Positions 21,851-35,400 of a stretch of 64,000 nt of DNA are shown here, piece by piece. The translations under genes and the position numbers were made by a program. Every line of letters begins with the position of its first letter. Within the stretch, counting starts at the first letter, position 1. Location of the stretch: contig LSRY02000014.1 of the NCBI GenBank assembly GCA_001643675.2, positions 496,001 to 560,000 of the forward strand, read 5' to 3'. A model generated the notes under the pieces. That model saw only the letters and a program-made list of their open reading frames with translations, was not told the origin of the DNA and did no database searches. The stretch is from Monocercomonoides exilis PA203 (Eukaryota; Protista; Preaxostyla).

Positions 21851-24800
21851 CTATAAATCTTTATCCTCTTCCTCCACGTTTATCTCTTCTTCTCTTTTTA
21901 TTCTTTCCTCTTCTTCCTTCCTTTTCCTTTCTTCCTCTTCTTCTTTCTTCTTTCTATCTTCCTTCTCTTTTTTCAATCTTTCTTCTTCCTCTTTTCTCTT
22001 TCTCTCTTTTTCCTCTTCTTCTCGCTCTATTCTTTCTTCCTCTTCTTTCCTCTTCTTCTCTTCTTCTTCCTTTCTCAAACGTTCTTCTTCTTCTTCTTCT
22101 TCTTCTCTTCTCTTCCTTTCTTCTTCCTCCTTCATTTTCCTTTCCTCTTCTGCTCTCTCTCTTTTCTCTTTCTCTTCCTTTCTCAACCTCTCCTCCTCCT
22201 CTCGTTTTAATTTCTCTTCTTCTTTCTTCTTCTTTTCTTCTTCCTCTTTTCTCAATCTTTCTTCCTCCTCCTTACGTTTTCTCTCCTCTTCCTCTTTCCT
22301 CTTTCTCTCTTCTTCTACTCTTTTAATTTTCTCTTCCTCCTCTTTTCTATTTCGTACTTCATCTTCCTTCTTTAATTCTTCCTCCTCTTCTCGTTTTAAT
22401 GTCTCTTCTTCTTCCTTCTTCTCTTCTTCTTCTTCTTTCCGCAACCTTTCTTCCTTTTCCTTCATAAGTTCTTCTTCTTCTTCTTCATTCTTTTCTTCCT
22501 CAACATTTCCGTTTGCTTTCTCTTCCTCAACTCTTCCTTCTCTTTTCTCTTCTTCTTCTTCTTCTTTCACTTCTTTCTCATTTTTCTCTTCTTTCTCTTC
22601 TTTATTCTTTTGATCTTCTTTATCCACTTTCTTTTCTTCCTCTTCCTCTTTTCTTTCTACCTCATTCTCTTCTTTCCTTTTTCTTTCCTCTTCTTGTTCA
22701 ATAATCTCTTCTTCCTTCCGCCTTTCTTCTTCTTCTTCTTCTTCTTCGCGTTTTCTTTCTTCATCCTCTTTCCGCTTCTTTTCCTCCTCCTCTTCTTCTT
22801 CTTTCCTTATTCTTTCTTCTTCCTCCCTCTTCCTCCTCTCCTCCTCCTCCCACTTTAATCTTTCTTCTTCTTCCTTTCTTTTCTTTTCTTCTTCCTCCCT
22901 CTTCACTCTCTCTTCCTCTTCCTTCCTCTTCCTTTCTTCCTCTTTCTTCTTCAATCGTTCTTCTTCTTCTCGTTTTCCTCTTTCCTCCTCTTCCTTCTTC
23001 CTCTTCTCTTCCTCTTCTCTTCTCTTTTTCACCTCCTCTTTCTTTTTATTGATCGCTTCTTTTGATTCTTCTCGCTTTATTTTCTGTTCCTCTTCCTCCT
23101 CATCATCTTCATTCAAAATGGCATCCAAAATTTTCTTTTCCTCTGCTTCTTTCCGTCCGCTTTCCAGTTCCAGCGCCTTCTCCTTTTCATACTCCCTCAC
23201 AATTTTGATCTGCTCTTCTCGTTCCATCCTCGCCCTGTCTTCTGCATACGTTGCTCGTCTCAGCTCTTCAAAGGCTTCGCTGCTGTGTGTTGTCACAAAC
23301 TGGGGGAGCGAGTCGATGCTCTGATTTTTGTATGCAGCAAAAGCCGCACTCACAAAGGCAATGAGAGAGTAAGTGGGGATAGGAGCACGGGGCGGCCTGG
23401 GCCAATAGAACACATTCTCATCATACCTCGAAGAAGAAGAGCCTTTTGGCGCAGCTTCGAGGAGATTGGTGCTGATGACTGGACGAGGCACAACGTTGCA
23501 AGCACAAGGCAAGAACATTGTCTATTTTAACATAGGAATTTTGTTAATGATTAAATATATAAGAAATGTGGAGATTATTTTAAATATGAACACAAGAATA
23601 AAAAAAAAATATTGTTCAGTTCAAAAAGAAAATCAACTTCACAAACCAATTCATGTGTGCCATCATCGTTTTCTTTCCATTCAGAAATAGTCGGCGGGTC
23701 AGTTCCACAGAGCAGCGAGACTGTTATGAATGGTATTTCTCTGTCATCGCCTGGTCTTCTTTCTCTGAACTTCTTCGCATTTGCCTTGTCTTTGAGGATA
23801 ATCGCTGTGGATGTTCTGTTTTGTGCAGATGGATCGTCTGTGGGAATAATTGTGGAGATGTATCGGTAATAAAGCTTCATCTCGTATGTGTCCACATCAT
23901 AAAATGAACTGATTATGTGCATAATTTTTATGTCACATTTTTGCATAGAAAAAACCCAATTGAAAAACAAGTTGAAATTATGATAAAATTTGTGCACCAA
24001 ATTCAACACAAAGAAATTAATTAAAGAAAAAGAAATTTTTTTAAGCAAAACTAAAATTATTTGAAGATCAAATACAAACGCAAGAATTGTCGTGTATGGC
24101 TTTTTATTCTCAACGATCTTTGCTTGTCCGCCAAATACAAGTGTCCAATAAAAGCTAAAGAATAACATTTATGAATGAAATAAAAATACAAGTGTTAAAA
24201 GAAGCATAATTCAAATGTATGTTCAAAGAACTTAATAAACCTCACTTCAAAACAAAACTCCACAAATACAAAAATGCACTCCTTCAAAACCAATCGTATC
24301 AATTCTCTTTTCTTTTGCATTTCTTTCTCTTTCTCTCCTTCATCAAACCTTTTCTTTTCGTCTTCGAATTTCTTTCCGAAATACGACGCCAAACACCTCA
24401 CCATTGAGTCATTCTGTGTCTTACTCATCCACCAATCGACATGCTGCAGCTGCCTCTCTTTCTCAGCAATCGTGTCATTCAGCGATCGGATGCTGTCTTC
24501 ATAGCCAATGGTCGCCTCTTTGTGAAGATTGTACTTCAGAACAGGATCAATTGGTGGATATGCTGAGAAAGATAGATAAAAATGTAAGGATAATGAAAAG
24601 TTCAAATCAATATGAAAGAAAGAGAATGTAAAGTTAATCAAAAATTATCATCCAAATGGTATAATTTGTATATTGAGAATTTCAAAAAAAAAAAATCTCT
24701 CTTTAATCCTCCTCTTAAATTTTTTTCTTTGACTTTCCCCTTCATCTTCATTCTCATTCATTTGCATTTCACACCTTTTCTTTGAAATACAGCTCTCCGT

Positions 24801-26297
24801 CTTTCTCTCGAGAACTTTTCTGAGTCCTTCAAAGTGTTATCCATCCGATCCACCACGCTGAAGTCGTCCTCGTCTTCTGTCTTCTCCTTCAGCCAGTTCA
24901 GAAACATGAAGATGTAATGCGAAAAGAAATGCATTGTGTTCTGGATGTGTTTGAGTGCTGTCTTCATCCGCAGAGAAGCTGATAAAGTGAGCTGCTGGAA
25001 GCGAAATGCAATAAAGGCTTCATCGCTAAATGGCCCCTTGTTGTCGGGAATGTGGAAATGATGGTGAGAAGATGAATGAATGTGTGACGTGTGTGTTTTG
25101 TTGGCATCGTCTGTTGAATTGTCTGTTTTGTGAAGTGAATCATTGGAATTACTATCGCTGTGTTTCGATTCTCCAGTCTCATTTGAACTGCTTGTGTTGT
25201 CCATGCTCTTTTCAGTCGTTGGCTTTCTAAATAAACTGCAAATTTTCTCTTTCCACCTTCTCACCTTCGCCAGATTCACCAATTCATTCCGAAGTTTGTA
25301 TTCTTCATCAAGTTGCTGTGATTCCATATCATTTCTAAATTTAAGATAAACTGAAAAAATTCAATTGATATCATTTTGTTTGTTATAAATACAGTTCAAT
25401 CCATAATTATAAAAAAAATGTTCATGAAATAAGCATTTGTCCAGCAAACTTTTTAAATTGTATCTCTTTTTCGTTGCTTCATCCATTTTTCGTTTGGCAA
25501 TTTCTTTGACTCGTTGGAGTCTTTCCACACCTCCAATTCTTGGAGTTGATCCTCCAGGTGTCTTATTTATTTCAAAATCAAGAATAGTCGGCAAAATTTC
25601 TCGAAAAAATTGTACTTAAGAAAACACATACAGCTTTAAGAATTTCTAAAAGTTCAGTTTTCTCTTTCACAATTTCTTCGTTGACTTTTCTGCAATTTTT
25701 AACTAATTCACTTTTCTCTTTTGCATCAAGTTCTGCTCTTTCGATAAATTCTATTTCATCGCTGCCATCGCAACAATCTGAATCATAAATAAAAGAAAAA
25801 TCTGATTTCAAGATAAAAAAGAACTTTCATACCAACAATTCCATCATCAACTCTGGAAGATTCAATATAATAGCCGCGTGACCTTAAATTCTGGCACCAA
25901 AATTTTCCATTTGGACATGCAGATGTTCCTGGTTCATCACTTCCATCAGGGCAGTCGCATATGTTGTCATTAACATAGCTGGCTGGTATACTAATATGAT
26001 ATTAACACAAAAGATATATAAAATAAGCAATGCTATGTCTTAAAAATGAGTTGAGCTGTCTCAAACGTTTTTGATCCATCAAAACAAGTGAAAGTGTCGT
26101 TGTAATAATATTTCAAAACTTTTTTTGATTAAAGAAATACACCAATTATAAGAAATAAAGTGTACTAAAAAATAGCTCATACGTTTTGGATGAACCCCTC
26201 TTGTTCGATCAATAGAGCCAGCATGAATAAAATCCAAAACATTCACCAACAAAAGGATCAAAGTTGCAATCGAGTGGTGACAAAAATATCTAGTCAT
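21851..26297 (-). CDS. PRKCSH: Glucosidase II beta subunit (PRKCSH/Gtb1-like) with a long E/K/R C-terminal extension
   Basis: Signal peptide + RTRGVHPK. The LDLa-like G2B region is spread over exons ([68 protein letters not shown]). It is followed by a coiled coil, an MRH-like end (ITVSLLCG..ISEWKE..TMFLPCAC) and ORF 21851..23518. Some internal exon boundaries are inferred. Confidence 0.8.
21870..23110 (-). repeat. Coding purine-rich repeat encoding ER/K-type charged helix (EEEERKRK-like units)
   Basis: ~1.2 kb almost purely C/T on the + strand. It translates to repeated E3-5 / (K,R)3-4 blocks. Confidence 0.9.
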
Positions 26298-26443
26298 TTT
26301 ATAATGTAATGATACTATTTTAATATCAGTCTAAGCAATGTGAATTCAAATATTTCGTTGTAAAAAAAACAATTTCAGACAAATTTATGTTATGGAACCA
26401 TCAATCGGTTAATATTTTATTTTCCTCTTTTCAAGGAAACTAG

Positions 26444-29400
26444 ATGCTTATACCATGTTATCTTGCTCGCTGGCTAGCAAAATGTGATGTACCATTGGAA
26501 ATAGATGAAACAATCGAACCATTTGCCTTATTTCCAGTTGGACAGAACCTTGAATCAATTCTTGTTAATGGAACAATGTTTCAATTACTTTTGGTTAAAA
26601 TATTTACAAAAGCACACCAAGATCAGACATCTAATGAATTATCAGGAATACAATTTGTACAGTCAAGTGAACCTTCGGATATCGCACTGAATTTTGGATA
26701 TTTGTATATTTACTTAGAAAAGTTGGGAATTATTCTTCCAGACGCAATGAAAGCAGACATTTATTTAAAAAGTCTGCTTTGTTAATTTTTTAAGAAAATT
26801 ATTGATGATTTTCGTTCATTTAAGATAAAAATGCAATTTTATATTTGCTGTCATGCGTACACACAAAATCTGAAGCATTGGATGGATTACAAGGTAATAA
26901 TGAGATTTGACATGTTTTGCATTTATTTTTTCTTTTTTATTCAGGCCAGCATGTTGACTCAACAAATGAACCTGTTCCTTTCGAATTCTTTCAAACTATT
27001 CCACCTCCTCCATTTGTTGAATATCCAGAAGAATTGCCATTGCAAAACGAGCAACCTGCAAGCACAGAAGAAAACTCAGAAAATCAAGGTCAAACAGACA
27101 ATGCACAAGTTGAGGCTCCAGTTATACCTGTTGAAAATGAGTCAAATAATGAACAACTACCAAAAAGCGAGCAAACAGAAGCAAAAACAGAAGAAAAAAT
27201 AAAAGAGACCACTGAAGATGGAAATCGCGCAAATGAAGAGAATGCGGAAAAAGAAAAGTTGCCCTCAGAACCAAAAATAGAAAGTGAAAGCTCTGAACCT
27301 ACAAAACAGCTCCAATCAGAAGAAGACGCATTAGCTGCAGCTTTGAGTCGAATTGAGAAAGCAAAGAAACGAAAGCCGCTGATTCCCACAGTCCTTCCTC
27401 TGAGGGTGCAGAAGGAGAGAGAATTAGCTGAGGAATTGGACAAGATCAAGAACGAAGAGAAGAGATTGAAGAAGCAGTTGGAAGAAGAAGCGAAAAAGCT
27501 GGTTGAAATGGAAGATAATCAGAAAGACGATGAGAAAGGCGATATTGCACAACCAAAAAACACTTCTGAAGCAAAAACTGTAAAAGGACGCTTTCCGAAA
27601 CGGAAACCATTTGCCAGGAAAGGCATTTCACTCAGCGAAGCTTGGAAGCAAAGGGATGTGAGGAAGGAGAGGCTGCGCGAGGAAGAAGAGAAGGAGAAAG
27701 AAGACGCAGCAAAAAGAGGAGAGAAAGCGCTCAGCAAAAAGGAGCAGATTGAGCAGAAGATGAAAGAGCTGGCGGAGGAACAACAGAAAATGAAGGAAGA
27801 ACAAATGAAAAGGAAAGAAGAGGAAGAGGCTGAAACAGAAAGAATTAGAAGAGAAGAAGAAGAAGCAGAGATGCAAAGAAGACGAATAGAAGAAGAAAAA
27901 GCACTGAAAGAGAAGCAAATCCAGGAAGAGGAAGAAGAAAGGAAGAAGACGATTGCAAAAGAAGAAAGAGAAGAAAGAGAGAAAGAGGCAGTTATAACAC
28001 ATCTTGCAAAGAAAATGCTGAATGCTGAAGGGTTTGACGAGAAAAAGGCAGTGCTGAAAAAAGCAGAAGAAGAGTGGACCAAAAAAGAGGAAGAGAAAAG
28101 GAGGGCAGCAGCCAAAGAGCTAAAGGAGAAGTTGAAAGAGAAAGAGGCAGAATCAAATAAAACACCTGATGGACAAGTTGTTGATCCTTCTCAGATCAAA
28201 AAAGACAGCGAAAACGAACAAGGACAGCCATCACAACAGCAATTTCCAGACAAGCCTGAAACTTCTCCTTTTCTTTCTTCCTCTCAAAGAGAGTTGCAGA
28301 TACTGCAACGCGAAGCACAAGGACAGGCTATGCAATTGATGCCATTAAGCAGAGCGTCGCTGCGATTTCTGAGGATGTCTACGCTGCAGTACTCGTTCAC
28401 ACTGGCACAGGAGCGTGCGCTGCTAAATGAGCGAAATGAATGCTATCTGTCAGAAAGGGGAGACAAAGAAAGAGGAAGTGTGTGCATCGGAGGAGCCGAT
28501 GGGAAGAGGATTCTGGATCTTCCGAGATCGACAGTGGAAGTGAAGAGCACAAAGATGGACAGAGGAAGAGTGGAAGACGAGAAGAAGTGGAGAAGAATGC
28601 TGAGAACGTGGGAAAGGGAAGAAAGAAAAATTGTGCGAATGAACCAGAAAATCGACATGTTTAAAGCAAAACAGGCAAAAATTCAACCGAATGAAGCTGT
28701 TTGTGAGAAAAAAGACGAATATGTTGTTTCTGATGAAGATCCAGCAAAATCAAATGAAGTCAAAAATGAGGACGCCACATCATCAACAAAAAGTGAAGAG
28801 GAGAATGATGCGAAAGCACCAAAAAGATTGAATTCAGGTGCCGAAAACCCTTCTGAACAAGAGACAACTTCAGAATTTGATTCGTCAGACTCATCTGATT
28901 TGTCTGAATCTTCTTCGTGTATTTCATCTGCATCTCTTCTTTCTTCTTCTGATTGCTCCTCATCTGACGACTGCGCCATTCCCACCCCGTCTAATCCTCC
29001 TTCGCTTTCTCAGCTACTTCACACCACTCCTTCCACATTCTTCTCCTCTTTGTCTCTTTCTGCTACGCTGATCTCTCCTCTCCGCCAGCCACACACCTGC
29101 CTCGACTTATTGGCATGGCTACTTGAGGCTTCGTTCGGGTTCTCCACTCAAATGGCTGTGGAGCTGGCGACGAAGAGGCCTGGAGATCTGCAGAGGCTGT
29201 TGTGTGGTAAAGGGATGCTCTGCTTTCCGGCCCTGGATGCAGCAGAACGCCAGTTTGAGTGGGAAATGAGAATGAGGGAATGGATGATGATGGAAAGGAA
29301 GAGGAGAGAGGAGGAGGAAGAGTTGGAGAGAATAAGAGAGCTGGAGGCACAAAAGGAAGAGGCTATTGAAAGAGAAAGGGCAAAAGCGCTTCTTCTGAGA

Positions 29401-32400
29401 AAGCTGAAAATGAAACAGGATGAAATGCTGTATGATGAAGAAATCAACTTCGATGGCGTAATTTTACCTGAAGACCCTGCAAAGCTGTTGGAGGAATTGC
29501 AAAATCCGACAAGCAAATCTTCAAAGCAAAATTTGCTTTCAGCAAAAGACTCAAAAAGGAAAAAGAAGCGCAGGCTGCTTGCTCCGTTCCCTGTTTATCC
29601 ACCTTCACCTCCAGTGTTTTCTGAACAGCCTCGCTACTCGTTCTGCCCTTCTCTTCCTCCGACTCATCCGCTCTATTTGCATCCATCGCTTGTCTTCTTC
29701 CTGCTGGCTGAGTCGCATGCAATGCAGATGGTGTCGCTAGCTGTTGCAGAGCCAGGCAGTATCGGCTTTGTGTTGGAGACGCTGGCGTTTGGGATGACTT
29801 CTGAGGACTTTTTGGTTGCGCGCTCGTCGTGCAGTTGTCTTGCAACGGTTTTGAGGTGCATCAACTCTGAATTGGAGAGAAGCATTTTGAGGGAAGAGCA
29901 GAGAATACAACAGCAGCTGGTCAAATTGACTGGAAGCGATGCATTCAACTTCAATCAAAGGATGACTGAAAACGATGAGATGCTCCTTAATCCAGATCAA
30001 AACCAGTCTTCAATTTCATCGCCAATGGTTTCTGCCAATAACGATGCCATGAATAATAATAACAATGCTGTTATCTCCAATGCTTTGTTTCCACTTCAAG
30101 CATCGTTTACAGCACAACCTGTTCTAACACTTGCAGATGTTGAGTCTCTTCAGCTGCATCTCACAGAGTTGCAGAAGAATGCTTGGCGATGGTTCATTTC
30201 ACCGCGTGGTGGGCTGGTTGTTTCGACTTTTATGCTTCTCAGATCAGATTCGTGCTATTCATATTCATCTGATGCAGAATGGGGCAAATGGAAGGAGATT
30301 GTTGGAGAAAGAGCAGAAAGGATGGAAGTCTGGCTGAAAATGAAGGAGACGATTTGGAAAAGGAAGGAAAGAAAAAGAAAGAGAATGTTCAGCATTGAGA
30401 ATATTTCGAGTCCAACAAAAGAAAAAGAAAGAAAGCAACGAAAACGCAAAGACAAAAAGAAACGAGAGAAAATGAACGAAACAGGAAAACAGAACGTGAA
30501 TCAATCAGAAGAAAGAGCAAGGGAAAAGATCGAAGGACAAATTGGAGATGAAGAAGAGACAAAGGAAAAAGACAAAGAAAAGAAGAAAAAGAAAAGCAAA
30601 GATAAAAAGAAGAAAGGTGAGAAAGAAAACAAAGAAGATAAAAAGAACGAAAAAGACAAACTGCAGGAAACAGCTAGTTACAAAGAAAGAGATAAAAAAC
30701 AAGACAAGCCAAATGAACTTTTTGAAATGACAATTCCTGAATTGCCAAAAGAAAGCGTAAAGAAGGATCGTCCTGAAGATAAGAGAATGACACAATTGAG
30801 AGAGATATTGCAAAACAAACAAGAACATCTTCCTGAAGACCAATTAGAAATAGAAGGGAATGCCATTACATCGTCTCCAATGGCGTCGTTGAATGCTTCA
30901 TTGTCGACTTCAAATGTCAAAGGAAACGAGCCAAATGGAATTAAAATTGAAAAGTCTGATAATGAACAAACAGCAAAAGTTGCGAATATTCAAAGCTTCG
31001 GAAATAAAAATCAAATATTGCAAAATAAAGCATTTGATGTCTCAATAAAAGAAAATCTTGATTTAAACAAACAAAAAATGAAAACATTTTCTTTTTCTGA
31101 TGAAAATGAAGAATCTTATTTTCCGCCACTTCCATCTCCTCTACCCCGTGATTCTCCAACTCTCTCTGCACTCATAACACAATATTTATCTGTGGACACT
31201 TCGCTGATTCCTTCGGCATATGCCTCTCTTCTTCTTTCATTCCCACGGCAGTCGTCTTTCGATGCCTTGTTTGTTGAGGTGCTTCCTCCTTTGTTTTTGG
31301 GCAACGTGGCACGCTATCTGTCGATTGTGGAAAGACTTGCAATGGAATTCGCTTCTTTGACAAACACAACTCTCATTGAGAAGCATTCACAAGAATTGGA
31401 AGCTGCTCTAATCGCTGGAATTGGCATCACTGGAGCAAAGCCGAGATTTAATGGAGTTGGTAGCGAATTGAATAAAGGAGAAGGTTACAACGATAAAAAT
31501 GCATTTCAAATGAATGGAATTGCTAATAATTTTGATGGAAGCATACAGAAAGCTAAAGATCAACAGAACAGCAGAGATGAAGGCAAAAGCAAAGATTTTG
31601 AGGGTATTAACATCAGCAATTATGACGATGAGTTTGACGAGGATGAAGACATCGAGGCTGTCCTGACTGACGCAGAGCGTGCTCTGCTCCGAGCTCAATT
31701 GGAAAAGAAAAAGGCGCAGCTCAACAGAGAAAGAGAAAGGCTTCAGAGAGAAAGAGAGTCATTGCTGACTGGAAATGCGGGCATGCAACCTGATTCTGAG
31801 CAGAACGGTTTGGTCTCAACCGAAGAGGAGAGAGAAAGAGGAGAAATGAAAAATGTTGCTCGGGCTGGAATAAGCAGCGGAGGAATCAACGCAAATTCGA
31901 ATACATCGACTTCTCTTGCATTGTCACAGAGGCAAATAAACACAGTCAACAAGCAACAGCAGCCTTTGCCTCCGCTCAGAGATCCAATTGTGCGCTCGAA
32001 TGGAATCTTGGCATCTTCAACAAACAAAACAGGGATCGTTAAGCGAGGATCGTTTTCAATTCCAAAGCAAATGGAAGGAATGTCTTTGATTGAACGCGCA
32101 AGAATGGCACAGATGATGAAGCAGAAAGCGATGGAAGGAAAAGGAATGCCAGGAGAAGATGGCGCTTTGGGGAGAAGAAGCAATTTGGGATATGATCCAC
32201 AAACAGGAAGAGCGATGGGGGCAAATGTGAAGGTGATTGTGCACGATCACACCAAAGACAGCTTCAATAAGTTCGATCAGATGAAAAGAGAAAGAGAGCT
32301 AAGGAAAAAAGGTTTGAACAATCATTTCATGAAAAAGAATGTGCAATTGTATCTCATTCTTTATCTGGTTCCTTTTTTGTTGTGAAATAATATTATTATG

Positions 32401-35400
32401 TTTTTTTTTATTCATATCATTATTATTTCAAACGGTATCATAATTTTCTATTTTTCTATTATTCTTCAACTTAGCTTTTCCAGCAACAAAAAACACATCA
32501 AATGCTCTCCAATTGCGTGGGCTTCGCGGTGCAGCTCATCCTCAGCCGCAGATGCCTCGAGCGCATTCTGGTGTGCGCCTTCCTCCACTTCATTCTTCTT
32601 CCTCCTCTCCAACTCTTGTGCGATCCAACGCTTCATCTCCAATGCACCAAGCATCTGTTCCTCCAACTGCTTCGACTAATGAACCTTCTCTCCCAGCTCC
32701 ATTAGCATCTTCACTTTCTGCATCTGACAACCCACCCGATCTTCCCACGTTTTTTGGAATTGACGGTGTTCCTGCTGAAGTAGTTGAGAATCGCCTGGCT
32801 CCACTACGGAGGATTGTGGAGGAAGAAGAGCAGAGAAAGGAAGCTGAACTGAAAGAGCAGCAAAAAAGAGAGGAGTGGGAAAGGCTCCCAGCTGAGGTTA
32901 AAGAAGAGATTCGACTGAAAGAGGAAGAGGAACGGATTAAAAAGGAAGAGGAGGAGATGAAGGAGCTGATGAACAGAGAGACGACAATGCAAAAAAGGAA
33001 CCGAATGGCTCGTGAGGAAAGGAATGCGATCGCGCTGCAGTTTCAGACGGAACGAAGAGCATTCATTGGACTTCGACTGAAAGAGACAAAGAGGGCAAGG
33101 CTGGTTGTGATGCGAACACTTGCACAAGTTGTTGATGCTGCATTTCATCTATGCAACTACATCCTTTCAATGACCACTGTGAAAAAAGTTAGAAATAATA
33201 GGACCATGGAAAATAAGCAAAGTGGACTTTCTATTGCTGAAGGAAAGGATGTTGAGAATCAAAAACTATCAATCAAAAAAAGTTCAAACACATCTGAGGA
33301 ACTTCAAAGTTCAAATGGAGAGTTCTCAAATCTATCAAGCAAGATGGACGACGGGCTTGCAGAGAAGATACAACCAGAGCTGAAAGGGGAAGAGAACAAT
33401 TTGATCAATGAAAGAAAAGATGGAAGTGTGGATGAAGTGATGCATGAAGACGAGCAAATTGTCCCAACTGCTTTGTTCACTCTTTCTGCTCCACTTGAAA
33501 CTCTCACTTTTCTCTCTGCTATTTCTTTCATCATTCGCATATTCCAGTTTTTCCCTCCGATATTTGAATACATTCCACGGGAAATGCGAAAGAGAACAAA
33601 AACAGAGATAAAGAAAAATGTTAAAAGTCCCGCAAAAAATAAAAAAAGTGGTAAGCAGGTGAAGTTGAACAACAATATGAAAGAGAAAGAAGGAAAGAAG
33701 AAAGAATTAAAAACTGATCAGAATGATTTCATTGAGATAAAAAATGATATTAAAAAGGATGATAATGATAAATCAGGAGAAAACGATGGCAACGTCAAAG
33801 AAAACAAAAGTGAAGATGGTGAGAGAAAAAGCCTGGTTGAAGTTGGGCTTGATGAGCAAAAGAATGAAGAAGAAAATATTGAAGAGATTGATGAGGATGA
33901 AGATGAAGTTTATGAAGAAGATGATGAGGATGATGAACACTTAATAATATCTCCTCGTATTGCACAGCTGCAAACACTTTTGTCTGCTGTTTCTGCATCG
34001 CCATTTGTTGAAATTTGGGGATTCAGTTTAATTCGAGTTGCTTCTCTTCTTTGTTCGCTTGTAGTGATTGGAGGAGATACCGAAGGAGAAGAATACGATG
34101 AGGAAGAATTCGGAAGTGAAGACAATAGGACTAATTTAAATAGAAAAATTCTTGATAAAAACATAACTCAGCGTATGGTCTTTAATGATGAGATGAAAGA
34201 TGGTTATTCCGATAACTGGATTAACTCAAGCGATGAAGGGGTTGATTCCGCTAAAAAACGCTCAGTTAGCTCACTTTCAATGGTTGTGGCAAAATTGTCG
34301 CGGCCTCAAATACAGCAAAGCCTCCCTTTGCTGTTTAATTCCTCACTTGTATATGCGATGCTAGTGTCATTTTTCAGAAATGTTCCTTCCATGCGTACAC
34401 CATCATTTTTCGCTGATTCGCTTCCTTTGATGACACTCGACTTTCCTCCTTCTCCTCTTTATCCTCCCTTCAGCCAGGCACAGGGTGCAGTGCAACTGAC
34501 TTCGCTACTCCGTCTCTTCCCTACATCACTTGTGTTACCTCTTCTTCCAATGCTCAACAGAATAAGATCGCGCTTTCTCCGCCACTGCTGCACGGAAGCG
34601 GATGTGGAGATGGTTTTAGCTGTGCTGCATCATCCTCTCACAACAAGCGGAGAAGGTATCGGAATAGCACGATGTGCAGCATCGATTGTGTTGGCTGGAA
34701 GAAGAGTAGTTGAAGGCTGGGATGAATCTCTTTTGGAAGATGATCAGAATCTGCAGGAAAATATGAATGAAGCAAACAGAGATCCTGACGGAAATAGTGA
34801 TGGAAGAATAGTAAATCAATTAGATGCGAATATAAACAAAGAGAATGAAAATAATCAAATAAATCCCAATCACTTAGCCGCGACTCCTGGTTTCTCTTCA
34901 TCTACAACAACAAAAACAAACATTCCTTCATTTGGAAAAAACTCGAAAATATCACAAACTCAAAAGGAAGATACAATTTTACTCGAAGAGAAGCACCGCC
35001 AAAAAGCAAAGCAGGCGATTGTAGCAGAAAAGATGCAGCAAATGCAGCTTCAAGCTGAACAGCAGTCTGCCGCTGAGCAACTACGTTTGGCTCTTGTGCA
35101 AGCAACTTATCCGCATCTTCCTCAGCTTTATTGGTCAAGCGATGCTTTCTCATTCATTCAACCAAGGCTGACTGGAGCACGACCTCTTCCCTTGTATCCT
35201 GCAATGCCGTTTGTGTTGCTTCTCCGCAAACTGGCAGAGTGCATCAGAAAACTCGCAGAGCGCTTTGAGGAGAGAGCAGGTGCTGTGCGAGTGTTTATAG
35301 CATCTCTCGTGAGGCATGCATTTATGGAACTTGCCACAAATCAGAAATTTATGCATGCGATTATCAAACACAACAGGAAAACTAAAATGAGCTCTGCGAT

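Noticed and set aside
21760-22858. Hydrophobic L/F/S ORFs resembling membrane proteins
   Set aside because: Antisense translation of the E/K/R repeat.
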